Below, in pieces: positions 1 through 13,230 of a stretch of DNA of 64,000 bases; position 1 is the stretch's first letter; each line of letters begins with the position of its first letter. The notes under the pieces were generated by a model. The model searched no databases and had not been told where the DNA came from. It worked only from the letters and a program-made list of their open reading frames with translations. Source of the DNA: Macrostomum lignano. Its lineage: Eukaryota. The translations under genes and the position numbers were made by a program. Where the stretch lies: NCBI GenBank assembly GCA_002269645.1, contig NIVC01000698.1, forward strand, positions 76,731 through 140,730, given 5' to 3'.

Positions 1-27
1 TTCATTTTTTTGCCTTTTATCAGACTG

Positions 28-29
<2 letters not shown>

Positions 30-92
<63 letters not shown>
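30..92. repeat. (GT)n microsatellite
   Basis: About 31 uninterrupted GT units read directly from the sequence. Confidence 0.98.
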
Positions 93-95
<3 letters not shown>

Positions 96-114
96 CTGTA
101 ACTAGGGCATATAT

Positions 115-585
115 TGGAAGGGATGGGAAGGGTGAGAGAGGAAGAAAGGAACAAATGAGGGGATAGGAAGAGAAAAGAAAAGAAGAGAAGAGGAAAGAGA
201 TGAGAGGAGGGTAGAGGGTAGAGGAGGCAGATGGGAGAGGGAGACTAGAAAGGAGAGGAAGAGAAGAGGGGAGAGGGGGGTAGAAGGGAGATGGAGGGTA
301 GAGGGGAGATGGAGGGTAGAGGGGAGATGGAGGGTAGAGGGGAAATGGAGGGTAGAGGGGAGATGGAGGGTAGAGGGGAGAGGGAAGATAGAAGGGAGAT
401 GGAGGGTAAAAGGCAGACGGAGGGTTAGAGGGGGAGAGGGGGGTAGAGAGGGAGAGGGAGGGTAGAGGGCAGAGGGAGGTTAGTGGAGGAGAGGGAGGGT
501 AGAGGGGAAGAGGGAGGGTAGAGGGCGAGAGGGAGGGTAGAGGGCAGAGGGAGGGTAGAGGGGAGAGGGAGACACAGGGGACACT
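115..585. repeat. Purine-rich, G-rich low-complexity tract with ~19-bp unit GGGGAGATGGAGGGTAGAG
   Basis: Nearly all A/G on the + strand, with repeated GGGTAGAGGGG motifs. ORF 425-640 is an artefact of this tract. Confidence 0.9.
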
Positions 586-1339
586 GTGACAACAGAGATA
601 CAAATTGAGTCTCAATCAGAAGCCCTGAAAAGCTCTTCATACAATGTGACGCAATTCAATGAACTACTCGAACTTGTAAAAAAATTTAATCTCCGAATAC
701 TCGTAGAAATTGAAATCTCGGCGCAGAGTGGCGTCCTGCGGCCAACTTCAGACTGAAAATCTCTTTAATTAAAGCGTCCGTCTCGAGTGATCAGAACTTC
801 TACAAGCGTAGATCTGCATAATATGATAATATTGGAAAGCCAAGGAGTAGGCGGAGCATCCCGGATCCAGACACAATTAGAAGGCAAACATATTGGCGAA
901 AACCGCGATAGGGCACGAGTGAAAGCACTTCAGGTGTATGGGGGCGCTTAACCCAGCTGCCGATTGCAAAAACCAAAACCAAAGCTGGTGTGACGCAACC
1001 CTTGGTGAGGATGCGCCCAGGGTGATGCGATGTTGATTCACACCTTCAGTCAGTCTTGCTTATTCCATGCTGAATGGACCATCGCACATGAAATTGTTTA
1101 TTTACAAAAAATTAGACTTCTTGTTAACCAACTTTAACAAAACTAATTCGGCCTTTTTTCAATACACACAGGGCTTGCGAGTTGCTTTTTGCGATTATCT
1201 ACCTTTATTTATTATGTAGCCAGACTATTTTCCTGCTCGATGCTTGTGTTTAAACATTGTGTTGACATTTGATATCTGCGATTCGCATTTACACAGCAGC
1301 AGTGAATGATGATGACCTGTTAGTGAATGCCCATTGTTC

Positions 1340-1562
1340 CCTCTCCTTATCTAATTTATTCTCCCTCCCTCTCCGTCTCCCTATCTCCCTTCTCCCTCTC
1401 TCTCTCTCTCTCCCTACCTCCCTTCTGCCTCCCTCTCTCTCCCTACCTCCCTTCTCCCCTCTCTCTCTCTGTCCCTATCTCCCTTCTCTCTGTCGCTCCC
1501 CCTATCCCCCTTTATTCTCCCCTTCTCCCTTTCCCTGTATCGTTCTCGCCGTCTTCCTCACC

Positions 1563-1653
<91 letters not shown>

Positions 1654-1655
1654 AT
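1340..1655. repeat. (CT)n microsatellite / pyrimidine tract
   Basis: CT runs including a long pure run at ~1567-1650. It explains the SL-rich ORFs at 1269 and 1327. Confidence 0.95.
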
Positions 1656-2439
1656 CCTCTATTCTCCTCCATCAATTCATACCATCTGGACTGGCCCCTC
1701 GCTGCAAAGTTCGTCTTGACGCCAACCGCGCTGACGTCAGACAGAACTGCTATCAGCTGTTCCTGCGAAGCGACTAACAGCAAACTTATTTATAGCTGTC
1801 TCTAAATCCTTATCAGTTGGTTGAACGCAGCTTTTCAAACACCTATTATTAAATTGTTCTCGCATTTCTTTCTGTTGCTTTCGCTAGAGCAGGTGTCAGC
1901 AGCTGAGAGCCAGCCAAACGTAGGCACCTGAGGATTTCGAGACAGCTATAAACGTAACAGCGAGGAATAGCGTTATCCATTTGTATAGAAGCCGATCTCC
2001 AACGCCTCAGACCGGCCTGTTGCATCAAGGAGGCAGCTGTGTTGCCCTCACCGAGATCCCAATTTACGGCAAAGTATTGTCAAAATATTGAGACGAACAG
2101 AACGCGGTCCGAGAGACCTGACTGTGACGCAACCCGCGGTTGGGCGAACACATTTTGCGTCATTTTTCCTATGGCGCCGCACGTTGCAGAGTCGAAAGAA
2201 ATGAAAAGAAATCGTTTGAGCAATAATTTTGCAATAATTCCAAGGCTCAAGTGGCCCCTCCCTACTCGGCGTAAGAAGAAATTTCGGATCTTTAGGAAGG
2301 AAAACTGGAGACAAATTTGATCAGATACAGCCAACTATATTTGCCTTTCGTGAGCAGCTGCCTCTGCTTGGCTTCAAACGGATTTGAATTGCTTCTGACC
2401 GAATCCCCATGTAACTTGCGGGATGGCGACTTTTAGAGA

Positions 2440-3150
2440 TGGAAAATGGGATTTTTTAACTACGTTCGTATATGATTGGGATTGGGATTTGGGATTTGCA
2501 TAGTTGAGATGGAAAATGGGATTTGGGATTTGCATATCTGAGATGGGAAATGGGATTTGGGATTTGCATAGCTGTGAGATGGAAAATGGGGATTTGCATA
2601 TCTGTGAGATGGGAAATGGGATTTGGGATTTGCATATCTGAGATGGGAAATGGGATTTGGGATTTGCATAGCTGTGAGATGGAAAATGGGGATTTGCATA
2701 TCTGTGAGATGGAAATTAGGATTTGCATAGCCGTGAGATAGGAATTGGGATTTGCATAGCTGTGAGATAAGAAATGGGATTTGCATAGCTGTGAGATGGG
2801 AATTGGGATTTGCATAGCTGTGAGATCGGAATTGGGATTTGCATAGCTGTGAGCTGGGAATTGGGATTTGCATAGCTGTGAGCTGGGAATTGGGATTTGC
2901 ATAGCTGTGAGATGGGAATTGGGATTTGCATAGCTGTGAGCTGGGAATTGGGATTTGCATAGCTGTGAGATGGGAATTGGGATTTGCATAGCTGTGAGAT
3001 GGGAATTGGGATTTGCATAGCTGTGAGATGGGAAATCGAATTTGCATATCTGAGAGATGGGATTTGGGATATGCATAGCTGTGAGATGGGAATTGGGATA
3101 TGCATAGCTGTGAGATGGGAATTGGGATTTGCATAGCTGTGAGATGAGAT
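2440..3150. repeat. Minisatellite, ~29-bp unit GGGAATTGGGATTTGCATAGCTGTGAGAT
   Basis: More than 20 tandem copies with variants. The overlapping repetitive ORFs are artefacts. Confidence 0.95.
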
Positions 3151-3806
3151 AAACTTGTTTTACCGAGGTGACAGGCAATCTGCAATCACTAAATCCCTGT
3201 GTACATTGCCTTATATCTACATGTACTCGTACCCTGTTCACTTCATCAGTTCATGGCCTCAGGGAAAAGTTATCAAACTCTGATTTGGTTGTCAATTTTA
3301 TCAAGGACACACAGCACAGTGTAAAGAAACATGAAAACAAATAAGACATGCACAATGGTTGCCATGCGGTTTAGGTTTGAATTAATTAAGAGAAAAATAC
3401 AACCTGCTTGAATCAGATAGAAGTCAAACAGGTAGCCTTGGCTGATGGATGTGTACAAACACACAGAGGCCACTGTTGACATTTTAATCTCATTCTCCTA
3501 GAGGCTAAATGAACCTATGATTACTACATGTATGGCTAAATCAGAGGATTAACACCTTGTTTGCGTTGCCGGCCATTGCAGGTTGCGAGTGACCTGTTGT
3601 TAATGTCAAAATCGAAATCACGCTCATAGCAACACAGAATCGGTTTAGAAATTTATGGCTGCCCATATACGACGTTTTTTATACATGTAAGCTACATCGT
3701 AGTTACTAAGCAAAATGAAAAAACTTTATTGAACTGGTTCAACACGATCGAATTTCAGATAGTCAGGTCCCCCGACCACCTTGTGACCTACCCGTTATGG
3801 ATCAGG

Positions 3807-4400
3807 GCCGCAAAATGAGTGCCTGCGGCGCTAAAATGAGTGCCTAGGGCGCCAAAAATGAGTGCCCGCGGCGCTAAAATGAGCGCTAAAATGAGTAACT
3901 GTGGCGCCAAAAAATGAGTGCCTATACGGCGCTAAAAGGAGTGCTTTGGGCGCCAAAATAAGTGCCTGCGGCGCTAAAATGTGTTTATAGTGCTAAAATG
4001 AGTGCCTGCGGCGCTAAAATGAGTGCCTGCAGCGCTAAAATGAGTGCCTACGGCGCTAAAATGAGTGCCTGCGGCGCTAAAATGAGTGCCTGCGGCGCTA
4101 AAATGAGTGCCTGCAGCGCTAAAATGAGTGCCTGCGGCGCTAAAATGAGTGCATGCGGCGCTAAAATGAGTGCCTGCAGCGCTAAAATGAGTGCCTGCGG
4201 CGCTAAAATGAGTGCATGCGGCGCTAAAATGAGTGCCTGCAGCGCTAAAATGAGTGCCTGCAGCGCTAAAATGAGTGCATGCGGCGCTAAAATGAGTGCA
4301 TGCGGCGCTAAAATGAGTGCCTGCGGCGCTAAAATGAGTGCCTGCGGTGCTAAAATGAGTGTTTCTGACGCTAAAATGAGTGCCTCAGGCGCCAAAAATC
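3807..4400. repeat. Minisatellite, 21-bp unit GCGCTAAAATGAGTGCCTGCG
   Basis: About 27 tandem copies. It gives the AKMSACG repeat ORF, which is an artefact. Confidence 0.95.
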
Positions 4401-5029
4401 AGTTTTAACTTGACGGATTCTCCTAGGATTCTTTGCTTTGTGCCCCCCCCCCTGCCACCATAGAATCCATGGCGACACCCCCTGGATACAGTCATTCGGA
4501 TTTCAATTTCATAAATGTAACGTATTGCAAGCACACTTCTGTACAGAATTGTGAAGTTGGGCCAGTAACAATATAAATGTATTCTTTCATTTCATTCAGC
4601 AACAGTGGCAGTAATGGTTGAGTGGGCAGGCCATCGCCAATTCAGGTTCCACCAAAGGTATCGAATATCGACAAATTCGGGTTGGACAAAAAAATCTGTA
4701 AGTAAAAAAGTTGAGAGTCGAATTTGACAGCCTATTTAAACAGCTTAAAGAGTCGCAACTCCAGACTGAAGACCACATGAGATCATAAAAAATATTGATT
4801 CCGAATTATGATCAGATCTAATCAATTTGGATAGGAAAAACTGACAAACCTTGTTGACTTATGGGCCAGACCGATTCAGAATACAGCAAGTATTCCCACC
4901 CCAGCCCCCAAAACTTTTTTAGCTATCATAAAATATTCAGTAGAAAAAAATCCATATTGAATTGTCTGAGGGAATTCAGTTAGACTACCGACAAAAATAA
5001 CTTTGAAGTTCCAGAATTCTTCGGAATAA

Positions 5030-6225
5030 AGGCGATTCTTGAAGGGAATAAAGGCGATTCTTGAAGGGATGGAGAGCGATTCTTGAAGGGATTGAGGGCG
5101 ATTCTTGAAGGGATTGAGGGCGATTCTTGAAGGGATTGGAGAGCGATTCTAGAAGGGATTAAGGGCGATTCTTGAAGGGATGGAGAGCGATTCTTGAAGG
5201 GATTAAGGGCGATTCTTGAAGGGATTGAGGGCGATTCTTGAAGGGATGGAGAGCGATTCTTGAAGGGATTGAGGGCGATTCTTGAAGGGATGGAGAGCGA
5301 TTCTTGAAGGGATTAAGGGCGATTCTTGAAGGGATTGAGGGCGATTCTAGAAGGGATTAAGGGCGATTCTTGAAGGGATGGAGAGCGATTCTTGAAGGGA
5401 TTAAGGGCGATTCTTGAAGGGATTGAGGGCGATTCTTGAAGGGATGGAGAGCGATTCTTGAAGGGATGGAGAGCGATTCTTGAAGGGATGGAGAGCGATT
5501 CTTGAAGGGTTTGAGGGCGATTCTTGAAGGGATTGAGGGCGATTCTTGAAGGGATTGGAGAGCGATTCTTGAAGGGATTAAGGGCGATTCTTGAAGGGAT
5601 TGATGGCGATTCTTGAAGGGATTGATGGCGATTCTTGAAGGGATTGAAGGCGATTATTGAAGGAATTTAGGGCGATTCTTGAAGGGATTGAGGGCGATTC
5701 TGGAAGGGATTGATGGCGATTCTTGAAGGGATTGAGGGCGATTCTTGAAGGGATTGAGGGCGATTCTTGAAGGGATTGAGGGCGATTCTGGAAGGGATTG
5801 ATGGCGATTCTTGAAGGGATTGAGGGCGATTCTTGAAGGGATTGATGGCGATTCTTGAAGGGATTGAGGGCGATTCTTGAAGGGATTGAGGGCGATTCTT
5901 GAAGGGATTGAGGGCGATTCTTGAAGGGATTGAGGGCGATTCTTGAAGGGATTGGGGGCGATTCTTGAAGGGATTGAGGGCGATTCTTGAAGGGATTGAA
6001 GGCGATTATTGAAGGAATTTAGGGCGATTCTTGAAGGGATTGAGGGCGATTCTTGAATGGATGGAGGGCGATTCTTGAAGGGATTGATGGCGATTCTTGA
6101 AGGGATTGAGGGCGATTCTTGAATGGATGGAGGGCGATTCTTGAAGGGATTGAGGGCGATTCTTGAATGGATGGAGGGCGATTCTTGAAGGGATTGAGGG
6201 CGATTCTTAAAGGGATGGAGGGTGA
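5030..6225. repeat. Minisatellite, ~22-bp unit GGCGATTCTTGAAGGGATTGAG
   Basis: About 50 tandem copies with GGAGAG, TAAGG and TGATG variants. Confidence 0.95.
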
Positions 6226-6989
6226 TTGATTCTCTTGAGCATGTAAATGAAAAACAGGAGAAAACACGATATCAGAAATAGTTTTAGTCTTATTTCAGAA
6301 TGTCAGCGGACTTCCAAGTGCTATTCATATATATTTATAATGTTGCAAAGCATCATATCCAAGCATTGACGTTGACAGAGTAAAACACTGCACAGACACC
6401 AATAAAAATTACCAGTAGCAAAGCGAAGCAAACAGGGAAAGACATCTTATAGCTAGATTTGGCTAACATGAAGGACATTTAATGAACCCGAAAGCATAGG
6501 GAATGAGGATTTGCTAACGCGCTCGAGCCTCAAGCCAACAGGTCCTGGGTTCGATTCCTCTGGCTTTTTGGACTTTTTTTGCAATTCAGACAGTGCAATG
6601 TGGATTGCAACTTTGGGGTTTTCAGCCCGTGGGTCTGAGACAATGCAACGGGATAAATGGGGATCTGTTTTGTTGCCAAGGAGAACAAAATAAGAAGCAA
6701 AATGTTTGTTTGGAATGTGTTTAGCTGCTGTTCAGTCATATCAGGCAAGAACAGAACCGAGAGGCAAAGAACGACACAATTGACATATAAAATTAAAATT
6801 TTACAAAGTTATAAAAGTTTGATTCGATCGCGGGCAAATACAAGGCCACCAAGTAGAATATAAGAAGCTAACATTTAACTTCAAGAATAGAAAACCATTT
6901 ATATTACTGTCAAGACAGAATTAGTAGTACAGTAAGAATTTCCACTGACTAGTGGTCCTAATTATCATTAAATTGATTAATGGATGTTT

Positions 6990-9900
6990 CTAGAGCCTTT
7001 GCCACGCGGTCAACGCGGTGAAGGCGGCCGCCAGCAGGACAGCGCCGAGAAAGTCGCCAACGCCGGTCAAATAGGGAATGGACGCGCTGTCCGGGTCGTG
7101 TCCGAACGACCAGATCCAGTACACCACCCAGTTGGCTAGCCACAACAGGATGGCCACCTGTGAATTGCATGAAATTAATTGTATTTATTTCCCAATTCCC
7201 AACAATCCTATTAATAAAACTTCTCGAACCAATCTAAATAAGCAGGGCAAATGCCGATGATCAAATAAATAATAAGGAAATTTCCATATCCATGTCAATA
7301 GAAATGAAAAGGGATAATCCCCTATACTGAAATAGGTACAGGAAACATTCCAGTGACTAAAAAGAGAACAAGGGAAATCCCATCACTTAAAAGGAACAGA
7401 GGAAAGCCATTCACTTAAAAAGGAACAGGGGAAATCCCATTCACTTAAAAGGAACAGGGGAAATCCCATTCACTTAATAGGAACATGGGAAATCCCATTC
7501 ACTTAATAGGAACATGGGAAATCCTATTCACTTAATAGGAACATGGGAAATCCCATTCACTTAATAGGAACATGGGAAATCCTATTCACTTAATAGGAAC
7601 ATGGGAAATCCCATTCACTTGATAGGAACATGGGAAATCCTATTCACTTAATAGGAACAGGGGAAATCCCATTCACTTAATAGGAACATGGGAAATCCCA
7701 TTCACTTAATAGGAACATGGGAAATCCTATTCACTTAATAGGAACATGGGAAATCCCATTCACTTAATAGGAACATGGGAAATCCCATTCACTTGATAGG
7801 AACATGGGAAATCCTATTCACTTAATAGGAACAGGGGAAATCCCATTCACTTAATAGGAACATGGGAAATCCCATTCACTTAATAGGAACATGGGAAATC
7901 CTATTCACTTAATAGGAACATGGGAAATCCCATTCACTTGAAAGAAACAGGGGAAATCCCATTCACTTGAAAGAAACAGGGGAAATCCCATTCACTTAAA
8001 ATAAACAGGGGAAATCCCATCACTTAAAAGGAACAGGGGAAATCCCATTCACTTAATAGGAACAGGGGAAATCCCATTTACTTAGAAGGAGCAGGGGAAT
8101 TTCAGAAACTCCCATTGACCAAAAACGGAAATAGGCAGAATACCAGTACAATGCCCTCAAGGACCAACACACAATCAACGAGATGAAAGCGTACCTGCAG
8201 CAGGCAGGCGGCCAGGTAGCACGCTAGAAATGCTGCTGAAATTGAGAAAGCCCCGTCGGGCGCCAGTGCCAGCACGCAGCAGATGGCCAGCAGGTGGCAG
8301 GGCACCACCAGGCCCAGCAACAGTCGGGTGGCGCGGCTGCCACCGGCTGCGCCGCAGAACAGCTGCTGACAGGCTGGCGGCAGGTCGGCCGTGGACTCGT
8401 CGGGCAGTCGGTGAGCGCAGGTGGACAACCGGCTAGCCTGTGAGCGCGAGGGTCAGTAGGAGTGACAGCCAAGATGACAGGCTGAGTGACAGCCGGGATG
8501 ACAGGCTGAGTGACAGTAGGAGTGACAACCAGGATGACAGGCTGAGTGACAGCCAGGATGACAGGCTGAGTGACAGCAGGAGTGACAGCCAGGATGACAG
8601 GCTGAGTGACTGACAGAGTGACAGGCTGAGTGACAGCCAGGATGACAGGCTGAGTGACAGCCAGGATGACAGGCTGAGTGACAGCCAGGATGAAAGGCTG
8701 AGTGACAGCCAGGATGACAGGCTGAGTGACAGTAGGAGTGACAACCAGGATGACAGGCTGAGTGACAGTAGGAGTGACAACCAGGATGACAGGCTGAGTG
8801 ACAACCAGCATGACAGGCTGAGTGACAGTAGGAGTGACAGCCAGGATGACAGGCTGAGTGATTGACAGAGTGACAGTGAGTGTGACAGTCAGGATGACAG
8901 ACTAACAGTAAGTGTGTAAGGGTGACAGACAGAGTGACAGAAGTGAGACAGTAAATGTGACAGCAGCGGAGAAGCTCACACCTGTATAGCGGCAATATTG
9001 CCGCCGATGCCGTTAATGACGGGCTGGAACAGGGCCAGCAGAGGCAGCCGACTGGCGCACCGGCGGAACACGAGGCCGCCCAGACTGCTGGCCAGCATGG
9101 CGGCCAGCACGGGCAGCCAGCTCTGACGGAGAGCCGCCTGGGCGAACGGATTGCGCGCGGCCGCGGCGGCCAGAACGGGCAGCAGACAGGCGTAGCCGGC
9201 CAGCAGGCAGGACATCGGCCACATCCCGGAGCCGTCCAGCTGCCTGGCCAGCCAAGCCAGGGCCAAGAGGCTGGCGAAGTCGCCAAGGCTGGCCGCGATC
9301 GGAGTGGCCAGGTTGTCCGGGTTCAGACGGCAGCGTTCGGAGGCGACGATTACTGCGCTCACCTGTGAGTTTTGGGGAGGCGTTGCAGTGTGCTGAGACG
9401 GCGGGTGGGTCACGGTGCCAGGAGATGCGGGTCATGGACTCATAGAAGCTAGTCAAGCTGTGATAAGTAGGTCCTTGAAGTGGATCAAGCTTGGATCAGT
9501 AGGTCACTGAAGTGGGTCAAGCTGTGATAAGTAGGTCACTGAAGTGGGTCAAGCTGTGATAAGTAGGTCACTGAAGTGGGTCAAGCTGTGATAAGTAGGT
9601 CACTGAAGTGGGTCAAGCTGTGATAAGTAGGTCACTGAAGTGGGTCAAGCTCGGATACGTAGGTCATTGAAGTGGGTCAAGCTCGGATAAGTAGATCATG
9701 GAAGTAGGTCAAGCTCGGATAAGTAGGCCATTGAAGTGGGTCAAGCTCGGATGCGTAGGTCATTGAAGTGGGTCAAGCTCGGATAAGTAGATCATGGAAG
9801 TAGGTCAAGCTCGGATAAGTAGGTCATTGAAGTGGGTCAAGCTCGAAGAAGCAAGTCATGGAAATCGGTCAAGCTCGGATAAGTAGGTCATTGAAGTGGG

Positions 9901-11406
9901 TCAAGCTCGGATAAGTAGGACGCCACTGTATTTCAAGTTTATATTGCTAGGATGAAGTGAGAAATAAAGCTACCTAAGATCCAATGTAATTAGTCACACC
10001 AAGGCGCGAAGCTCACACTCACCACCAACCCCAGGAGCAGAGAAGCCAAGGAAGCGGTCGCGGTGCTGGTGGCCAGCAGGAACAGGCCTCGCTCTAGCGC
10101 GCTGGACGAGCCATGAGGCGCGCCACCTCCTCCGCCAGTAGAGTTCAACAGGATGGCCACCAGAGCCGCTAAGAAGCCAACAAGAACCGCTTGCAGCTGG
10201 GTGAGCACCAGGTTGCCCCAGACTAGAGATCGGAGACGAGAAGTCTCGTTGAATGTGCCCAGATGAGCCTGGTTGATCAGATTGGCAGATAGATTTTTTA
10301 TTGTTCAGTTTTTGTTAAATAGCTGTGCCACAAATTGAGAGATTTTTTAACTTTAAATTTAATTGGAGAATAAATTTGAATTCGATGGCAATTTCACCAA
10401 TATATCCATCAAGATTCTTTCATAATGTCTCAAAAAATCTTACCAAATATACCAAAATCTCAGTAAAGAATTTTACCTAATTTTATCAGCACAAGAATCT
10501 TCGTAAAAATACCCTTAGCCCGTTCAGAACCTTCCTAACTCTGTCATAAGAATCTTCTAATTCCCCCTAAAAGAACTTCCCTTATTCCCCTAAAAGAACT
10601 TCCCTTATTCCCCCTAAAAGAACTTCCCTTATTCCCCTAAAAGAACTTCCCCTATTCCCTCAGAACTTCCCTTATTCCCCTAAAAGAACTTCCCCTATTC
10701 CCTCAGAACTTCCCTTATTCCCCCTAAAAGAACTTCCCCTATTCCCTCAGAACTTCTCTTATTCCCCCTAAAAGAACTTCCCTAATTCTCTCAAAAGAAT
10801 TTCCCTAATTTCCCGAAAAGAATTTCACTAATTCTCCCAAAGGAATTGCTTTAATTTTTCCAAAATAATTTCTCTAATTCCCTAAAAGAACTTTTCTAAT
10901 TCCCTCAAAAGAACTTTCCTAATTCCTCCCAAAGAATTTCCCTCAATTTATTTCCCAAAAGAACTTCCCTAATTCCACCAAGAGAATTTCCCGAAATTCC
11001 CCAAAAGAAGTCCCCTAATCCCCCCCCCAAAGATAGTGAGCAGTCCAACCTGAGTAGACAGCCTGGAAGCCAGGGTCATCTCCAGGTTGCCCTTCAATCC
11101 GATGATAGCCGGCACCATGACCAGCAGCTCCGGGTGGCGGACAAACTCCGGCCAGCGCTGCAGCTCGTCAAGCACCAGGCCGGCCAGAGACATACCCAGG
11201 CCCGCCACGGCCAGCGGCGGAGCCATCTGCAGCGCCATGGAAACGGTTGACTCCGACAAAGCATGATGCTGCTGTAGATGAAGCTGCTGATGCAGCTGCT
11301 TAGAAGGCTGCTGCTGCTGCTGATGCATCTCCGAGTCTTGCTGACTCGAGCCGCGCTGCCTCAACGCACCGCCGCTTAAAGCACTACCGGCTTCTCCATC
11401 TAGCAT
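6990..11406 (-). CDS. SLC41A: SLC41 (MgtE-like) Mg2+ transporter, 5 exons, ~464 aa
   Basis: Exons 11406-11050, 10268-10023, 9362-8982, 8437-8195 and 7157-6990, all with GT-AG phase-0 introns. SLC41 signature motifs: [74 protein letters not shown]. Confidence 0.93.
7370..8100. repeat. Intronic minisatellite (SLC41 intron 4), 29-bp unit GGGAAATCCCATTCACTTAATAGGAACAT
   Basis: About 24 tandem copies at 29-bp spacing. Confidence 0.95.
8455..8860. repeat. Intronic minisatellite (SLC41 intron 3), 24-bp unit GACAGGCTGAGTGACAGCCAGGAT with 36-bp variants
   Basis: Tandem copies. It produces the [16 protein letters not shown] and SLSLSSWL artefact ORFs. Confidence 0.95.
9445..9920. repeat. Intronic minisatellite (SLC41 intron 2), 32-bp unit GTGGGTCAAGCTGTGATAAGTAGGTCACTGAA
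   Basis: About 14 tandem copies. Confidence 0.95.
10550..11010. repeat. Intronic minisatellite (SLC41 intron 1), ~22-bp unit CCCTAAAAGAACTTCCCTTATT
   Basis: Tandem copies that decay towards 11010. Confidence 0.9.
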
Positions 11407-11528
11407 AACACCGGCTTACGAAGCTGGGCAGGAATGTTTTAATTAAACCGGCTTTGCTACATCAATCAGCACTGTGTGGCGGCCTTATGTCCGTATCGAC
11501 TGTACCACTAGGAAGTTATAAAGAATTC

Positions 11529-11872
11529 GGTCATTTGGAGCTGTAAACTGTAGGACTTCCGGTTCGGGATTCGGTCATTTGGATCTGTAAACTGTAGGAC
11601 TTCCGGTTCGGGATTCGGTCATTTGGATCTGTAAACTGTAGGACTTCCGGTTCGGGATTCGGTCATTTTCATTGGTAAACTGTAGGACTTCCGGTTCGGG
11701 ATTCGGTCATTTTCATTGGTAAACTGTAGGACTTCCGGTTCGGGATTCGGTCATTTTCATTGGTAAACTGCAGGACTTCCGGTTCGGGATTCGGTCATTT
11801 TCATTGGTAAACTGTAGGACTTCCGGTTCGGGATTTGGTCATTTTCATTGGTAAACTGCAGGACTTCCGGTT
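11529..11872. repeat. Tandem repeat, 44-bp unit GGACTTCCGGTTCGGGATTCGGTCATTTTCATTGGTAAACTGTA
   Basis: About 8 head-to-tail copies with no unique spacers. Confidence 0.95.
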
Positions 11873-12509
11873 TATGACTTTTTTAAATACCCCAATAAAT
11901 GGTGAATTCTGGTTCGGGATAGGGAACTAAAGAAAAGGCAAAGCTTTGATGAAAGAAATGTAAATTGCTAAATAGCTGATAACATTGATAAAGAAAAGAC
12001 TCAGATGCCTGGCTATAGTTAAGTCCGATATGCATTCAATACATTGCACGATGTCAGTTAGCAAACCCGATAAACTTTCCGGGTTATCCAAGGAACTACA
12101 AGCCGACAAAAATTATATAAATGGTGTAAATGAATCAGTGGACAATTGCTGCACATAATTAGTCCGCAAAAATAAGCCAGAAGGAATTAGTAACTGCGAA
12201 ACAGATTAATCATTAAATACACATTGATTAGCACACGGAAATTGAATGCTTCGTAACTGTAAGCAATTTCGGAGTTGGAGTCTTATATACTCCGGCTTAA
12301 TAAAAAGGTAATAAAATATTGAAATGGGTAAACAGGCTGACAACTTAGCAGGCAAAAACATTTGGAAAACGACCAAAAAGCACCGAGAATTCGTTGCGAT
12401 TGAATTTGACAAGAAAAACTTTTAGAAGCAGAAATGAAGTAGCACGATTGGGAAAAATACAAAAATCAAATTTATATTGAACGAATTCCTTGGTTTACTT
12501 GGGAAATGA

Positions 12510-13140
12510 CTGACACACATCCAATATCCAGCTGACAATGAACCTGACAGCCCTGTGACTGAAAACTGACACACACACATCCAGTATCCAGCTGACAATG
12601 ACCTGACAGCCCTGCGACTAAAAACTGACATACATCCAATATCCAGCTGACAATTACCTGACAGCCCTGCGACTAAAAACTGACATACATCCAATATCCA
12701 GCTGACAATGACCTGACAGCCCTGCGACTAAAAACTGACATACATCCAATATCCAGCTGACAATGACCTGACAGCCCTGTGACTAAAAACTGACATACAT
12801 CCAATATCCAGCTGACAATGACCCTGACAGCCCTGTGACTGAAAACTGACACACATCCAATATCCAGCTGACAATGACTCTGACAGCCCTGTGACTGAAA
12901 ACTGACACACATCCAATATCCAGCTGACAATGACCCTGACAGCCCTGTGACTAAAAACTGACATACATCCAATATCCAGCTGACAATGACCCTGACAGCC
13001 CTGTGACTGAAAACTGACACACATCCAATATCCAGCTGACAATGACTCTGACAGCCCTGTGACTGAAAACTGACACACATCCAATATCCAGCTGACAATG
13101 ACCCTGACAGCCCTGTGACTGGAAACTGACACACATCCAG
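12510..13140. repeat. Tandem repeat, 55-56-bp unit GACACACATCCAATATCCAGCTGACAATGACCCTGACAGCCCTGTGACTGAAAACT
   Basis: About 11 copies; 56-bp spacing seen between 12845 and 12901. Confidence 0.95.
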
Positions 13141-13230
13141 CTGATGACCCATTGGACAAAAAGGCCTACACTCTAGTGATCCTGAATAGTTGGAAACCTC
13201 AACCATTCATGATTCAGTTTCCATAGTTTT

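Noticed and set aside
640-2420. Short ORFs (800-982, 2039-2334) as transposase or gene fragments
   Set aside because: No recognisable motifs, termini or splice pattern.
2456-4408. Long repetitive ORFs (SHSYANPN, AKMSACG, QALILAP) as structural proteins
   Set aside because: They are open in several frames on both strands because the repeat units lack stops. There is no splice or homology support.
6495-6585. tRNA gene suggested by GGGTTCGATTCC followed by a T-run
   Set aside because: No convincing A box or cloverleaf could be folded. At best it is a degenerate SINE or pseudo-tRNA head.
8224-9286. Cys/His-rich ORF 8453-9286 (CHSACHPG repeats) as a metallothionein-like protein
   Set aside because: It is an alternative-frame read of SLC41 exon 3 plus the intron-3 minisatellite.
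11529-13140. 44-bp and 56-bp repeats as CRISPR arrays
   Set aside because: The units are head-to-tail with no unique spacers, there are no cas genes, and the context is eukaryotic.
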